Origin: Chrysomallon squamiferum
Taxonomy: Eukaryota; Animalia; Mollusca
Length of the DNA stretch: 64,000 nt
Assembly (NCBI GenBank): GCA_012295275.1
Contig: CM022668.1
Location: 10,912,001-10,976,000 of the forward strand
Direction of reading: 5' to 3'
The notes below the pieces were generated by a model, which was given only the letters and a program-made list of their open reading frames with translations, had not been told where the DNA came from and did no database searches. Every line of letters starts with the position of its first letter. Position 1 is the stretch's first letter. Below, piece after piece: positions 12,971 to 48,715 of the stretch. Both the position numbers and the translations under genes were made by a program.

Positions 12971-13874
12971 AAAAATAAAAAATAGCACTGAAATTTCTCT
13001 GTAGTGACGAATATTGATTGGTATCATTTTATTAAATGGCGCATTATTTCACAATAAAAACTCACCAAATGTTCACGTAATTATATCCTCAGCATTTTAT
13101 TCATTATCGGACGGTACAGGTTAACTCCATCTAAATGAGGATTTTAGATAAATAAAATGTTTATCGGGAATACAAAATTTACGTAAGCAAGAGAAATTCT
13201 CTGAAACTGTTAATTAATATAGAAAAAGCTTTCAGAAAAGTCGATCACGTCATCAAAACATGGAAATTATAAAAACTAATTTAAATCTCGTTGCAGATGT
13301 TAATCCTCGAGATTTTCTAGAGGGGTGTTTACAATATTGATTTAATATTTTTTTTGAATACCTTTTTCTGAATAGTTCCACTGATTTATCAAAAAATTGG
13401 CCTTCAAAAACTATCATCCACAAGAAAAGAAAATGTCTTGCTGAAATACTACTTCAGTTATTCTTCTGAAGTTATGATTATTGCTTTGTTGCAAAGATGT
13501 GAATTATTAATATAAAAAGGGATAAAAATATATATATATATATATTAAAAAATTAAAGAACAAAAAAGAGAAGAAAATAAATAAATAAGTAAGATGGATT
13601 AACATGATATGACGTCAACAACGAAAGGCTAGATATTTGGTTTTGAATTTCGTCACATTCACCGCTTACTGTCAGTCATACTTTGTGACGTCATATATTT
13701 TTGTAACTCAGTTTACAGAATGATAATACCAACAGACGTAGAATAGAACCAGACCACTACAGATTTGAAAAGAAACCATGGCTAGCATGTTCTCTGTTAA
13801 AATAACAACGTGACAGTCTCTCGTTTACTCAGTGGACCAGAACTGACAGCGCTACCTCCTAAAGAATGTTTCAA

Positions 13875-13945
<71 letters not shown>

Positions 13946-16900
13946 CCCATGTATGTATAAATGGATACATAGAAACGTACATAAGTACATACAGTTATAT
14001 ATATTTACATTCAAAAGGATTTGAGGTAGTTCCATCTGCGCTGATCCCTAAATGACTGTGTGAGTAAGTGTTACAGGAAAAGAGCTCAAGGATATCTATG
14101 AACTAATAGATAACATGAAATATGTGCTAGCCGCATGTTACGTTCAAAGTACAAGTTAAAAAACCTAATAATTTTATTTCAAAATTGTGTGAAACCTTTA
14201 AACTGAAGGTGAAACGGGTATAGAAGATTACCAGTTTTAATTTAGCTTGAGAATAAAAGTATAAGGAAAATTATTACTTAATTGTCCGACGGTCATTACT
14301 TTGACGTATCTTACATGTTTGTCCGTTGAGATAAACTGGAGTTCTGTCTTCATAGGAAATCAGTGGATATTATAAAATTTTATAAAAGACAGCAATTATC
14401 CTCAGCGTAATGTTGGTCTATTAACTGTCAAACTGAAGCCAAATAAACATTCCAAATAATCATCAGCATTGTTATATTCGGCTGCAGTTGTTAGAAAAGC
14501 TGGCATGGAAACCTTTCATGTTCGATTTTAATATTCTTTTTTCTATCATATTAAGGATTATGGTGGCCTTGTACTGAAATCTATGTTCAGATGAAATCGT
14601 ATAAAATAGCCCCGCTCCAGGGATCTCTAAAACTGATGATTCTAGGTGGAGGCTACTTTTTCTTTATATTCTCTTTAATGTACAGAAGATTTTGTGAATG
14701 AATGGGATACAGCGGCTAGTCTTAAAGGAAACCAGCAGTTCGTTTGATTTTTTCTAGAAAAGAGCTCAGGAAATGAACAGAGATGAAGTTGTGTAGAACT
14801 GTGGGAAAATACCATCATTGTGCATCTGTCATCTACAAGTAATCAGTGAAACCACATTTTGTGCTAAAGATGTTGAATGATTAAGGCAATAGTAAAACTA
14901 TTTCCCTGTAATGGATATCATATGTGACGAATGTAATATATTTTGTTTCCTCTCTCGAATATAAATCACATTTTTTCGAGACTGACTAAGATATTTTCAA
15001 CTTTACCTTGGTAGGCTTTGTTTTAAAATAAAACCAGATATTTGTTTCAGTAGACAGATTTCTTTTGCATATATACATTTCTTTTGCATATACTAACTAT
15101 AGATAATTCTAATGAAGTATTAATTTTTATATTTATTCTGTGTTTTCACTGACGTCCGCAGGAATCCAGTCTGAGAAGAGAGAGTGACAAACGGGCGGTT
15201 GCATAACCGGCGGATACCTTTGGAGAATACAGACGTCACGGGAAAAACCTTGTTACTTTGGCCTTTGTTTGATAAGCGTTTGGCAGCAAGATATCGTAAA
15301 ATACATTTCTCTTTTGTTTTTGATACTGTCATTATGCAATGTTATTTATGCCATTAAAAACGTATTTGTTTAATATGTGTATGTATGTATATATATTCTC
15401 CCGTGGAAAATTCCGTCTTTAATTAAGATTCAGTTGACTGTTGCTGTCTCTTAACTGTTCTGGTATATGTTTGTAACAACAAATAACTCAAACTGTACTC
15501 TTGCTGATGTTTTATTTATCTAGTCAATGTATAATAAATTAATGTCATAATTTGAAATGACAATTCCTGTCAATAGTGTGTTGTTTGTAGCCTCGAAATT
15601 GATAAAAATATGAGTAAAGAAGAATTTAAGTTTTTCTGCTATTTATAAGTTTTGTGAATAAGTTGTGACCCTTTGCATAATAAAATAATGATTATTTTTC
15701 TCTCGTCTCTCTTGACTTACATGAACACACACACACACACACACACACGTACATATACATATAGATATGCGCATGTACATAAACATACATATATATATAT
15801 ATATATATATAAATGAATATGCCTAGATACACAGCATACATACATTCCCAAATACACATTTGCTACTGTCAGGTTTCTCGCCAAAATATAATGCACGTCA
15901 AAATGACGACGTGCTCCATGGGAAATGATCACAAGCCTTGGTTTTTCTTATGGTTGTCTTGGTAACCGAGCAGTATCGTCGTTCGCCTCCGAAATACGCG
16001 TGATGGGAGTCACACGTTCGAGTCTTCTCGGCATCATCCGACGTTTTCTGAGATCGTCGTTGTCCATTAATCCTCCTGTGCTTGTGTATTCCCGAATATT
16101 GTCTACGTGCAGAGTCCAATCAGACGTATACCAAATACCAAAATATTAATTCTTAAATAAGTACATACAAAACAGAGTGACAATCGATACAGAGAAAGAT
16201 AAACTAAAACCTGTAGTTCAAAAGTTTACCTTCCATGCATCTGATGACTGAATATCTTGTCACCAACAAATTAGTTCCGACATTGTTCCCGCTTTATCAG
16301 AAAACATCACCAACACGTATATCGGAGTGAACATTCTGACTACAAACCTGTGTTCTGATTTGTCCGAGTACATTTAGTTTAGCTCGTGTGTATGTGTGTG
16401 TGCGTATTTGTGTGAATTTATGAGTAAGAATGTGTGCATCATTGTTTATAATGTGTTTCCATACTTGTGTATTTGAGTGTGCCTATATAATATTATTGTG
16501 CATCGATGACATTTTAAAATTCCTAAATAAATAAATAAACAGATATATAGATAGATAGATAAATAAATAGATAAATAAATAAAAAAATTAATAAGATAAA
16601 TAAATAAATAGATGTATTAATTAAGTAATTGTAGTAGTATTAGCAGTAATGGTAGTATACTAATTAATAGTAAGGACTGGCGCACTTAAGGACTATGTTG
16701 ATGTTAGTTTACCCGCAGCGTGGACTAGTAACAGTAACCTAATTATCTTTATTCGTTTACCATTCCAACATAAACTACATCTGTATTCATGCATGACTGC
16801 GTGCAATATATAACAGATACATTAAAACAAATTTTACCAATACTTTCATTTTAAAATAATAATAGTATCAATAAAAAATAAAAAATAAAATAAACAAATA

Positions 16901-16961
16901 TATAAATAAATAAATAAATAACAAGAACCTACTACATAAAACCCGAAACGTATTCTATGTT

Positions 16962-21971
<5,010 letters not shown>

Positions 21972-22162
21972 AATCACTGTTATCTGAAAACAATACACAG
22001 TTTATTATTTACACTATTTTCTCATTCAGGTTTTATCACCAATTTTCTAATAGTTTGCTTTAATAGTGAGTAGTAGCAGTAATATAAACAGATGTAGTAC
22101 TGATGTTGGTTATAGCAGTAATGGTAGTAGTAATATATTAAGGTGAGTTATTATTGTTATTA

Positions 22163-22217
<55 letters not shown>

Positions 22218-22512
22218 CTAATTAAGAAACAGAAATGAGAACTAAGATGCTAATAAAATTGTAAAGAGAAATATTTACTGCATTATTTCGATGATACCAA
22301 TGACGTCAGCTGATATTTTTAGTTTTCAGGGGAGGTAAATATCGTCTTGACTTCATTTATAAAATTCGGCAGAAAGTTGTCCATTCATTGCCCTTCTCAC
22401 TGAAATCTTATCTGAGAATGCCAAGATTGTCACTGACTTAGCTTCGTTACTCGTTTACCTTATGTCTTTGGCTATTTAGTGACCATTACTTGTATGACTG
22501 ATTCTAGCAAAG

Positions 22513-22564
<52 letters not shown>

Positions 22565-22974
22565 ATTATTGAAACAATAATATTATATATGTTTTCGTTT
22601 TTATTAATTTATTCTATATAATCGCAGTCTTACTTTGTTAATCACATGTTTTTACGATGTATGTTAATACTGAAAACAAACAAATAATAAAAACTTATAG
22701 AGTATAAAATTAAATACGAATATTAGTTTAAATTATTCGATAAGTGTACCCTTTCTTAATGACTCAGAATGGAATTGAGATAGAGGAAAACATTTTGCGA
22801 AATCTTACAAACTTCAGCAGCAAACGAGAACGAAAGCAAGAACAATCATTAAAGACATTTTCTTCAGTAATGACGTCATCGGTAACTCCAAACGTCATAA
22901 ATCATGAAGCGAAGCTCTCCAGTATAACATGAACTGCGGGTATAGGAACTATTTTTAGCTGCGTTAATTAATTG

Positions 22975-23008
<34 letters not shown>

Positions 23009-23527
23009 TTCTTATTATTATTATTGCATAAGTGTTAGTGATGGGAGGTAAGAATTTAATAATAAAATGGTATCAAATATTTGATGTATTTTGACAGAGA
23101 ATCATGATAATTACAGAAATAACGAAAACACATTTGATATGTATGCGCGTTTTAAATTTCCTGTACGTGTTGTTCTCTCACTTGAATAACCAGAAGAATA
23201 CGACAAATTTGTAACAACATGTTCATGGTGCGGCAGTGAGAAGTAATCTCTTATTTCATTACAAAACAAACCACAGAACAAAGTATTGTTTCAATTTTTA
23301 ATTTAATTTTAATAATAATAATAAAATTTAAATTCATGACACAAAATGTTTAGTTTTCAATAGACGTTATCTTATGAAAATAAATAAATAAATAGAAAAA
23401 ATGATGCAAATAATGATTATAACGAAAGAACATTTTAACAAAGAAATTTCCAAAGATTCACAAGAAATGGCTATATTACATTAGTCATATATTATAATGT
23501 AAATAAATAAATAAATAAATAAATACA

Positions 23528-37821
<14,294 letters not shown>

Positions 37822-37867
37822 TTTTCAGAACTATCTAAAATAGAAAATAGTAACTGTAATTGTTTCA

Positions 37868-37960
<93 letters not shown>

Positions 37961-38025
37961 GTCAATAGTACACAAACATAATGCTATCAGTGAATTCTAT
38001 CCTGATACGCTTTAACTCAGTATTC

Positions 38026-38090
<65 letters not shown>

Positions 38091-38119
38091 CATTTACATA
38101 CATATATGCACGCCTTAAC

Positions 38120-38152
<33 letters not shown>

Positions 38153-38483
38153 CATACATATGCGCAAATACGTGTTTGATATAAAAAGAGCAAATGCGGT
38201 TCTCCAAATAACTAAATAAATAAGGAAAATAAACAAATAATGATATTTTATGTATAAACATTGCTAACATAACGGCAATAAAACAATGACTGAAACATAA
38301 ATATAGTACAAAGAGAATTACTGGTACTAATACTGCTACTACTACAACTGCTTCTACTATCACTACAGTTAGTACTACAACTACTGCTGCTGCTACTACT
38401 ACTATTAATGTTCGTGGTACCACCATTAATACCATTATTATTATTATTATTATTAACGGAAAGTTTGATAACTTTATATTTAC

Positions 38484-38624
38484 CTTTCCGCGTTGTCCTG
38501 TGAACTGTTATGCAAACAGCGTCAGACTAAATGTGTTAAACAGTCGTCGTCGTTGTCTCTTTGATGAGGACTTCGAGTTGCAGAACAGTTTGGTTTAAAA
38601 CAAAATCCAGTTGTGATAGTTTCA
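38484..38624 (-). other. Probable 5'UTR exon of the GPCR
   Basis: The ATG exon has an acceptor just upstream (ttttag, exon start 37834), so a non-coding upstream exon is required. A donor (ggaaag/gtaaat) lies at 38484 and an acceptor-like tttatttacag near 38625. Confidence 0.45.
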
Positions 38625-39359
38625 CTGTAAATAAAGCACTGAGTCGCAGAACCTTCGAACAGAGATCAGTAAATCCGTGAACAAAACAGCTGCAGTCTGA
38701 ACCGCTAACACACTGTGTTTGTATTCACTTATCAGTAATCCGTGCATAGGATTGGTCCGAAATATGCACAGTATATCATTAACTTCGTTTGGTCTGTGTT
38801 ATCAACATTCTGCCTGTTCTTCATCCAATTTATTAAAAACAATTCTTCAATTTTTTAAAAATAATAATGGTTTACTAGCAGAAATAAAATATTTTTGCAT
38901 TTCTCTAGACGTCTTTTGTTTAGCTTTGTTGTCGTCGTTGTTGTTGTTGTTGTTATTGTCTTTTACCTTTTTACGTTCTCTAGGAAATATTAAATCTGGT
39001 GATTTTATTTTTTGTTTTCTTAATGTTATACCTGATTCTTTTTGACAGTGTTCAAATTAACGTTTCTTTATTTTTGTATAAATAAACTGTCCTTGTTAAC
39101 GTGTACTCGAATACTAATCATACAAAATAAAAATATTAATCTCAAAGTGATGTGAAATCACAAACGCGTCGAAAGAAGAACAACGAGAGAGACAACGCCG
39201 CTCACAGCCAGTAGACGCACTTTTGTTTTTTCTCTCTTCGCTCTGTCCGCGTGACGACTCGACACTCGACAGTGGATTTGAGGATCTGAGAGTCTCCGAT
39301 TAAAACACAGACGTCGTTTAATGCACACACCGCAGAGAACTGAACTCTAGTAGGACAAT

Positions 39360-40135
39360 ATACATAACATATATAACACAATATAACATAACATATATAA
39401 CACAATATAACATAACATATATAACACAATATAACATAACATATATAACACAATATAACATAACATATATAACATAGACACAATATAACATAACATAACA
39501 TATATAACACAATATAGCAATATATATATATAACACAGACAAGCGTTATTCAATATATATAACAGAGACAGGCGTTATTCAATATATATAACACAGACAG
39601 GCGTTATTCAATATACATAACACAGACAGGCGTTATTCAATATATATAACACAGACAGGCGTTATTCAATATATATAACACAGACAGGCGTTATTCAATA
39701 CATATAACACAGACAGGCGTTATTCAATATATATAACACAGACAGGCGTTATTCAATACATATAACACAGACAGGCGTTATTCAATACATATAACACAGA
39801 CAGGCGTTATTCAATATATATAACATAGACAGGCGTTATTCAATACATATAACATAGGCGTTATTCAATATATATATAACATAGACAGGCGTTATTCAAT
39901 ATATATAACATAGACAGGCGTTATTCAATATATATAATACAGACAGGCGTTATTCAATACATATAACATAGACAGGCGTTGTTCAATATATATAACACAG
40001 ACAGGCGTTGTTCAATATATATAACATAGACAGGCGTTATTCAATACATATAACATAGACAGGCGTTGTTCAATATATATAACACAGACAGGCGTTATTC
40101 AATACATATAATATAGACGGGCGTTGTTCAGTATG
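39360..40135. repeat. Compound minisatellite: ~25-bp unit (39360-39530), then ~20 copies of a 29-bp unit
   Basis: Units tataacacaatataacataacata-like and acagacaggcgttattcaatatatataac repeat directly. Confidence 0.93.
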
Positions 40136-40633
40136 ATCTATATAATATTATGTTCACTGCACATAAGACAGACAGGCGATATTCGCTGTACTGATATTGA
40201 CAGCGTTATTCAGTATAAATAACATAGACAGAAGTTATTGTCTTTACACGAGACAGGTAACTGCATCTCAGCTGATTAATACCAAAGACATACAAGATAT
40301 AGTGTGACATGCACCGGCTGTGGGTTTGACTGTAAAGCTTCATTACAGTTGTAAAAGTTATTTTAACTGGGTTTGTCAGACGGAATTGAACAGAAAATAA
40401 AAACCTTAGTTAATCACGTACTGGTATTTTTAAACCAATATTTCATATTATATGATTATTTTTATAATTATTTTGTGATTAATTTATGTTGATTTTTAAA
40501 GTTTATGGCAGATACTTACTTTGCTCACAGTTTTCTCTATAGTAATTTTTTGGGCAAGTACAAGTACAAGTTATGGTATTCAACGAACCAATATAATTTA
40601 TTTATTTATTTATTTATTTATTATTTGTTTTTA

Positions 40634-40671
<38 letters not shown>

Positions 40672-40853
40672 TTATTTATGTATTTTTTTAATTTAATTTT
40701 TTTTTTATCTTTAATACATTTTTTTTTATTATTATTATTACTTTTTATTTATTATTTATTATTATTATTATTATTTTTTTTTGTCGTTCTTACCTAGTGA
40801 TCTTAATATGTTTATTTCGGTTTTTTTTTTTTTTTCTCACATCACACCGCAAT

Positions 40854-40901
<48 letters not shown>

Positions 40902-42570
40902 CAATGAACAGAACAACAACAACAACAACAACAACCACAATATCAATAATAATAATAACTAAAGGGCGTTTTATATGCACGTTGAAAACATTTAGGAATC
41001 TCCTATACAGATAACTGCGACAGTCGCAATTCGGATAATATCCTGCAGGATACATCGACGACTGATCCTGCGACACGTCACGTATCAGGATGTCAGTCAT
41101 TTTCTCTCAGCAGCCGGACTCTGTGACGTGCTAATTAACATAAATGACGTCTTACTGCAAATTTGCCTTAATGAAGCACAAAGCCGATAAATTACGTTTT
41201 TCTCGACAAATGAGATGTGAGAAGAAACACGTTTATTTCAGTCAGTGACTAGTTAATTTCAATGTTTTTTTTTTTTTTAAAAATCACACAGAAAACTGTA
41301 TTCTTGGTTTTTCTCATCATTTCGCTTGATAATTTTGTTGTCGACAGTTAAAATCAATAACCCTCGACGGCTTTCAGTATGCTAACTAGAAATAAATGTA
41401 TGATAATCATAATCTTTATTTGTAATATTCAATTAAACTATTTTCCTGTCTTTGCCGTCGTCTTAGTCATTATAATAGAAGTGTGTCGAATACTACTTTG
41501 CAAGATGTGATGGGCGAAGCCATAGTCCTAGTTACAGGAACTGAAATTGCAGTTGTAGAATTAATATTAGCATTTCCAGTTGTAGTTCTAGTTGTATTAG
41601 TATTAATAGTAATAGTGATAATAGTAGTAAGTAGTACTAGTATTAATGGTAGAAGTAGTGTTAGAGTTAGAAATATAACAGCAGCAGTAGTACTAGTTGC
41701 AGAAATTGTTTTAATAGTAATGGTAGCCATACTATTAGTATTATGATGATAGTAGTAGTAGTAGTAGTAGTAGCAGTAGCAGTACTAATAGTAGTAGCTG
41801 TAGCAACAGCAGCAGTAGCATAATTAATGGTAGTAGTAGATATAATAGTAGCAGTGCAGTAGTAGCAGTAACAGTAGTAGTAGTAACTGTAATAGTAATA
41901 ACAGTAGCAGAAGTGGTGGTAGTAGTAATAAAAAGAGCAGCACCAACAGCAGTAATAGTAGTAGTCGTAGGTCGAACCACTGACATATTTAAGATCTCGA
42001 ATTTCACGGGACTGTTTGATCAGATATGTGTCATATGTTTTACTGTCTATGGGATCGTGTCTTCTGTACGTTTCTTGCAGCTAACTGATTAGTTATTACT
42101 ACTGTATCTGTTATTGATTTAGTTGTCTTTCGCTCTGCGGTTTATTGCTATTGCTCTATGAAAGCTCACAATAGACACTTGTGTGTTATTATTTACTTAA
42201 TGTTCAGGTCATGGAAAACTCGAAACAATCTTGCTGGTTTCTGAAGAAAATAAAGAAAAAGAAGTAGAAAAAAGAAAGAAAAAAAAAAGAACACTTTTGT
42301 GATCTAACTGTACGGTGACGGTAATCGGAAGTTAATGAGTCGCGTTCAAGTCTGATAACTCTAACTGACACGTGATCGATTTTTCGAGACGGACATTGTT
42401 ATCATTTCAAAGCGCTATAGTCACTTTAATAACAGCGAGATCGCTAGACACTGGTTTTAGCTTGTCGCGAGTTTTCTGTTACACTTCTTAATCACAGACG
42501 AACAAGAGGGGAAACTAGGTTATTTAAAAGGCTGATGTACGAGGGAGATACAGTTAGAGAAGGGGAGAAA

Positions 42571-42653
<83 letters not shown>

Positions 42654-42976
42654 GATACTTTAATAATTTGATTTCATCAATTTGTGAGTCTGTAGCGTGA
42701 ACTTGAGCTACATCTTTCTGTAAACTAATTAAACTGAGTAAATTGGGTTTTGAAGACTGATCTTTCTTTCACACCTACTTTTAGACTACACGAAATCTCG
42801 TTGGCCTTCTGATGACGTCACGTGGTCAAAGTTAATGCAAACTCACACACGTTTAATTTCAGTTAATCCCAGAGTGTTGTCGAAGCTTTAAAATAGAGTG
42901 CTTGCGAAATAAATAAAATAACAAAATCATCAACAACAAAACAATATATAAATACAAACGATTGAATTTAAAAATT

Positions 42977-43039
<63 letters not shown>

Positions 43040-44466
43040 AATAATAACAACAACAAAAGGAAATTAAAAATAAATAAATAAATATCAAATAAAACTGAGT
43101 AAAAATAAAATAAAATAAAGATATAAAAGTAAAAAAAAAAGATTAGAGGAAATGATGAAGAGATTTGTATTTGATTTAATTACGGCTCATGCAAGAAACA
43201 CCTGCGTTACATTCAACAGCTAGATATTCACACTAATCATTTCACTTTCAAGAGAGAGAGGGAGAAAAAAATCATATAATAAATATATTATATTGTAAAA
43301 AGTAACAAAGAAAAAAAAATAGAAGAAAATTATTGAAAGAAATTAAGAAAGAAAATTTAAAAAAAAGAAAAGAAACAGAAGCGGGAGAAGCATGTAAGAA
43401 GTCTGATAGCAACAACAACAATGAATGAACAAATGAATAAATGAAAAAGACAAAAGAAGAAAAAGTTGTAGTAGCTGACTGCCAGCAGTTTCACTAAAAC
43501 CAACACGACTTTACAATGACCACTACTGCTGCTGCTGTTACTACCACTACTATTATTACTAATACTTCCACTACTATTAGCATTCTATTACTACTACTAC
43601 CACTAAGACTATTATTGCTACTGTTATAACTGCTACTACTATTATTACGGCTGCTACTGCTACAAGTATTCCTGTTGCTACTACTACTACTACTACTATT
43701 ATTATTAATACTGATACTGCTACTACTACTGCTATTTTTGCTGCTACTACAACCACAATTATGACTATAACTATTACTCCTACTACTTCTTCTATTACTA
43801 CTATTACTACTGTTGCTTCTCTTACTACTATTACTGTTACTACAGCTACTAGTATTACTACTGCTACTAGTATTACTACAGCTACTAGTATTACTACTGC
43901 TACTAGTATTACTACTGCTACTAGTATTACTGTTTCTGCCTATTACTACTGCTACTGCAACTAATACTATTGAAACTATTCGGTTAGTATTAACAGTGTT
44001 ATTGCCTTCAGTTTTCACTAGCTGCAAATACAACGACTACTTCCAGAGATTTTATGTTCGTATTTTGTATTTCTCACAGTGTTATCACTGTACAGATGTC
44101 AAACTTGATAACCACCGAGGGAAGCGCTTTAAAAATACACTTAACATTCACTTGAGTCAGCTGAGCAAAATTAATTAGATATCCTCTTTTTGCTTGTCGC
44201 GTTTTGAAAGACTTCTTCCTTTTGCGAAACCTTTCTGAAATCGATTAAAAAGAAAGAAAGAAAAAAAAAAAAATATCGAGTAAAGTAATTCAAAAGATTG
44301 ACACGAGGTATGTGTGTAAATGCAGTTTTCTAGTCAACATGATTTGAAAGGAAAAGGTTTTAAAAAAGTAAATAAATTAAAATACAATTTAGTAATAAAA
44401 TAAAAAAATAAATAAAAATAAATAAATAAATAAAATAAATAAATAATCATAATAATAATAATAATC

Positions 44467-44513
<47 letters not shown>

Positions 44514-46167
44514 CATAATCACAATAATAATAAAGAAGAAAACTAAAAGGATTACTTAATTAAGGGAAGAAATCTGAGATGGCATGATAATGTAGAATAA
44601 ACTTTTTAAATGTGTTATTGTTTTACAGAAACTGTAAAATTTTGTATTTTAATATTGAAATAAAGTAAAAGAAAAAAAAAATGAAGAATTAAGTAAATAA
44701 ACAGAAAACAAATAAACAAACAAGCAAACATACAAAACAAACCAAACAAGCAAATAAATAATTAAGTAACCAATAAATAAATAAATAAAGAACGAAAGAA
44801 AGAAACACGAAACCAAACAAGTAACCTAAATAATAAATAAATAAACAAAGAACGAAAGAAACAAGAAACCAAACAAGTAACCTAAATAATAAATAAACAA
44901 AAATAAATAAATAACGTCATGTAGCGCAGAAAAAACAAAACAAGTAAAGAAACAATTTTAATTTTTAATCAGTATAAATAATACTTATGTTTGTTGTTAA
45001 TATTATAATTAAATAGTAAATAATAACATTCTTCTACGCAATTTCTATAGCATGTTTTCAGTTACCACTATCACATTGTTTATAACACTTTTTCACTGTG
45101 TTTTTTTTTTTTCTCTTTTTTATTATTTATTTATTTATTTATTTACTTATTTATTTATTTTTCTATTTTTTTTTCCTTTCCTTTCAACATTCCTCTTCTT
45201 CTAATTTTTCTTCTTATTTGTTCTTATATTTTCTTATTTTTTGTTTTTCTTTAATATTTTTTATTAATTTTTGACATGACCTGTCTGGTTTAAGCACGAT
45301 TTACACTGAGAAACATCCGCACTCAAGATTCCTGCGTCGTTCTTTTGCAGCTGCAGAAAGACAAATAAAGCTGTAAATAAGTTTTAAAATTACTCTCGCG
45401 ATGTGTTTATCACAAAGAGTGCATGTCTACTGCAGTAAAACCTAATTCCATTTACAATATACCGTGACGTCTTGATCAGTTTAGTTTTTCCATTAGTTAA
45501 TTAGTTATCTGACAAATAAAATAAATTAAGTTAATTTAGTAAAAAAAAATGTTATTAAAATAAAAACTGACATTTAATCAGTTTTGAAAATGACTGACTA
45601 ATTAATAAGAGTAAACGTACGTTCGACATATTAGCATTATCTGTAACAGATGTATCACTGTAAAGTTACCACTGTTTAAACTCGATTTCATGGACCTCGG
45701 TTTTCAAGTCTGGAAAAAAAAAAAAAAAAAAAAAAAATCAAACAAACGAAAAAAATGAAATTACCGTCATTTCGGACTTGAAACCCAACATGTGGGTACT
45801 ATTACGTCATTCCGAGTCTCACCACGCAATCGCAATCACAGCAACCTTCTCTCAACATCCATCCAGAAAGATAAGAGTAAATTTTACAATTGCATCAATA
45901 ACCATCCTAACAAACTTCACACAGTCAAGCGTACATTTTTCTATTGCACATCTACTGAATGCTGTTTGTTTAAATTGTTCCTACCTTACTTAGTATAATG
46001 CTGTATTATCTAGCAGGTACATGTACTAAAGTTTAATGTTTCGGTGAATTTTAGGGTTAATATTTACATTCGCGGTTTTTCACACTTTTGCATTTTCCGG
46101 ACTGGCTCTATCCCGTCATTCATCTGTGAAATCGAAGGTCAGCAGTAACTAACAACCTGCTTAACAA

Positions 46168-46202
<35 letters not shown>

Positions 46203-47362
46203 AAAAATAAATACATATCTGGTTATTTATGAACATACGACTGGCTGCTATTTTATTGCTGATGTTCATCTTTATTGTTGTTTACTATTCAGCAAAATTA
46301 TTTATTCATTTATTTATTTACCTTTTTGTCTACATACATTATATGTATTTCGTTATCTGTGCATGCATATGTAAGTATGTATGTGCAAGTGTGTGTTTGT
46401 GTGTGTATGTGCATGCATATTTTAGGATTTGAATATTATCCGTCTTATGTACTCTACACATAGACAATATTCGGGCACGCACGGTGTGTATGTATTTATT
46501 TATGCATTTCTATCTACGATACGATAATAAAATACAGTAATTCAATGTCGCTTATAAACAGATAATGCAAAAACGGTGTCTTCAGTTTTACAGAAATAGC
46601 GTCCCCAGACGAAACAAGACACAGCTAATCTCATGTTGTCCCTGTAGAATAGAATGAGAGCTAATTAACATGAGCTTTTTCGTTGATAAAATTACGTGTA
46701 ATGTTATAGGTGTTTGACACCGCTTGACTCCACACTAAATGTTGTATCTATTAACAGATATTATTTTGTCTTTTTTTTTAACACAAAACTTCGTCTTTTT
46801 CTTTCTCTCGTTTTAATTATGTGCGTACAAGCAGTAATGACATTGTTTAAGAAATCTGAGTCATTACAGTCTCCATATGAATTTTAAATTGTATATATTG
46901 TATGTTTGTGTATGTGTGTGTATTTGTACACCTACATACCTACCTACCTACGTACCTATACACACACACACACACGCATATATATGACTATATAATATAT
47001 ATATATATATATATACGCACAAACCTATATATATAAATAAATAAATAAATAAATATATATATATATACGCACAAACACACATACCTATGTGTTTGTATGT
47101 ATGTATGCATGCAATGTGTGTTGTATATATGTTTGTATCACCAAGAGTTTTCTACAGAAGGTTTCAGTTTGTGTTTTGAAAGTGGTAAGTTAGACTGACA
47201 TCATTTACAATTACATTTGAGAAAAGTATTCCCGCATTCCTCACGGTCTCTAGGAACTGTTTTAGTGCGATAGGTGACAAAAAAGAACTCGAAATTGAAA
47301 GTGACTGTTCCTGGGTCAAGGTTTAACGTAATAGAAGATGTTGTCGACTGCTGAGGTCTGCG

Positions 47363-48715
<1,353 letters not shown>

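Noticed and set aside
22513-22563. Long poly(A) as a possible retrotransposon tail
   Set aside because: No recognisable element body or TSD; long homopolymers are common in this window.
39530-40135. 29-bp direct repeats of CRISPR-repeat size
   Set aside because: No spacers; a head-to-tail tandem repeat.
43494-44178. 179-aa Ser/Asn-rich ORF and overlapping Thr- and Leu-rich ORFs
   Set aside because: Translations of (ACT)n-derived repeats with an 18-bp unit; no splice or domain support.
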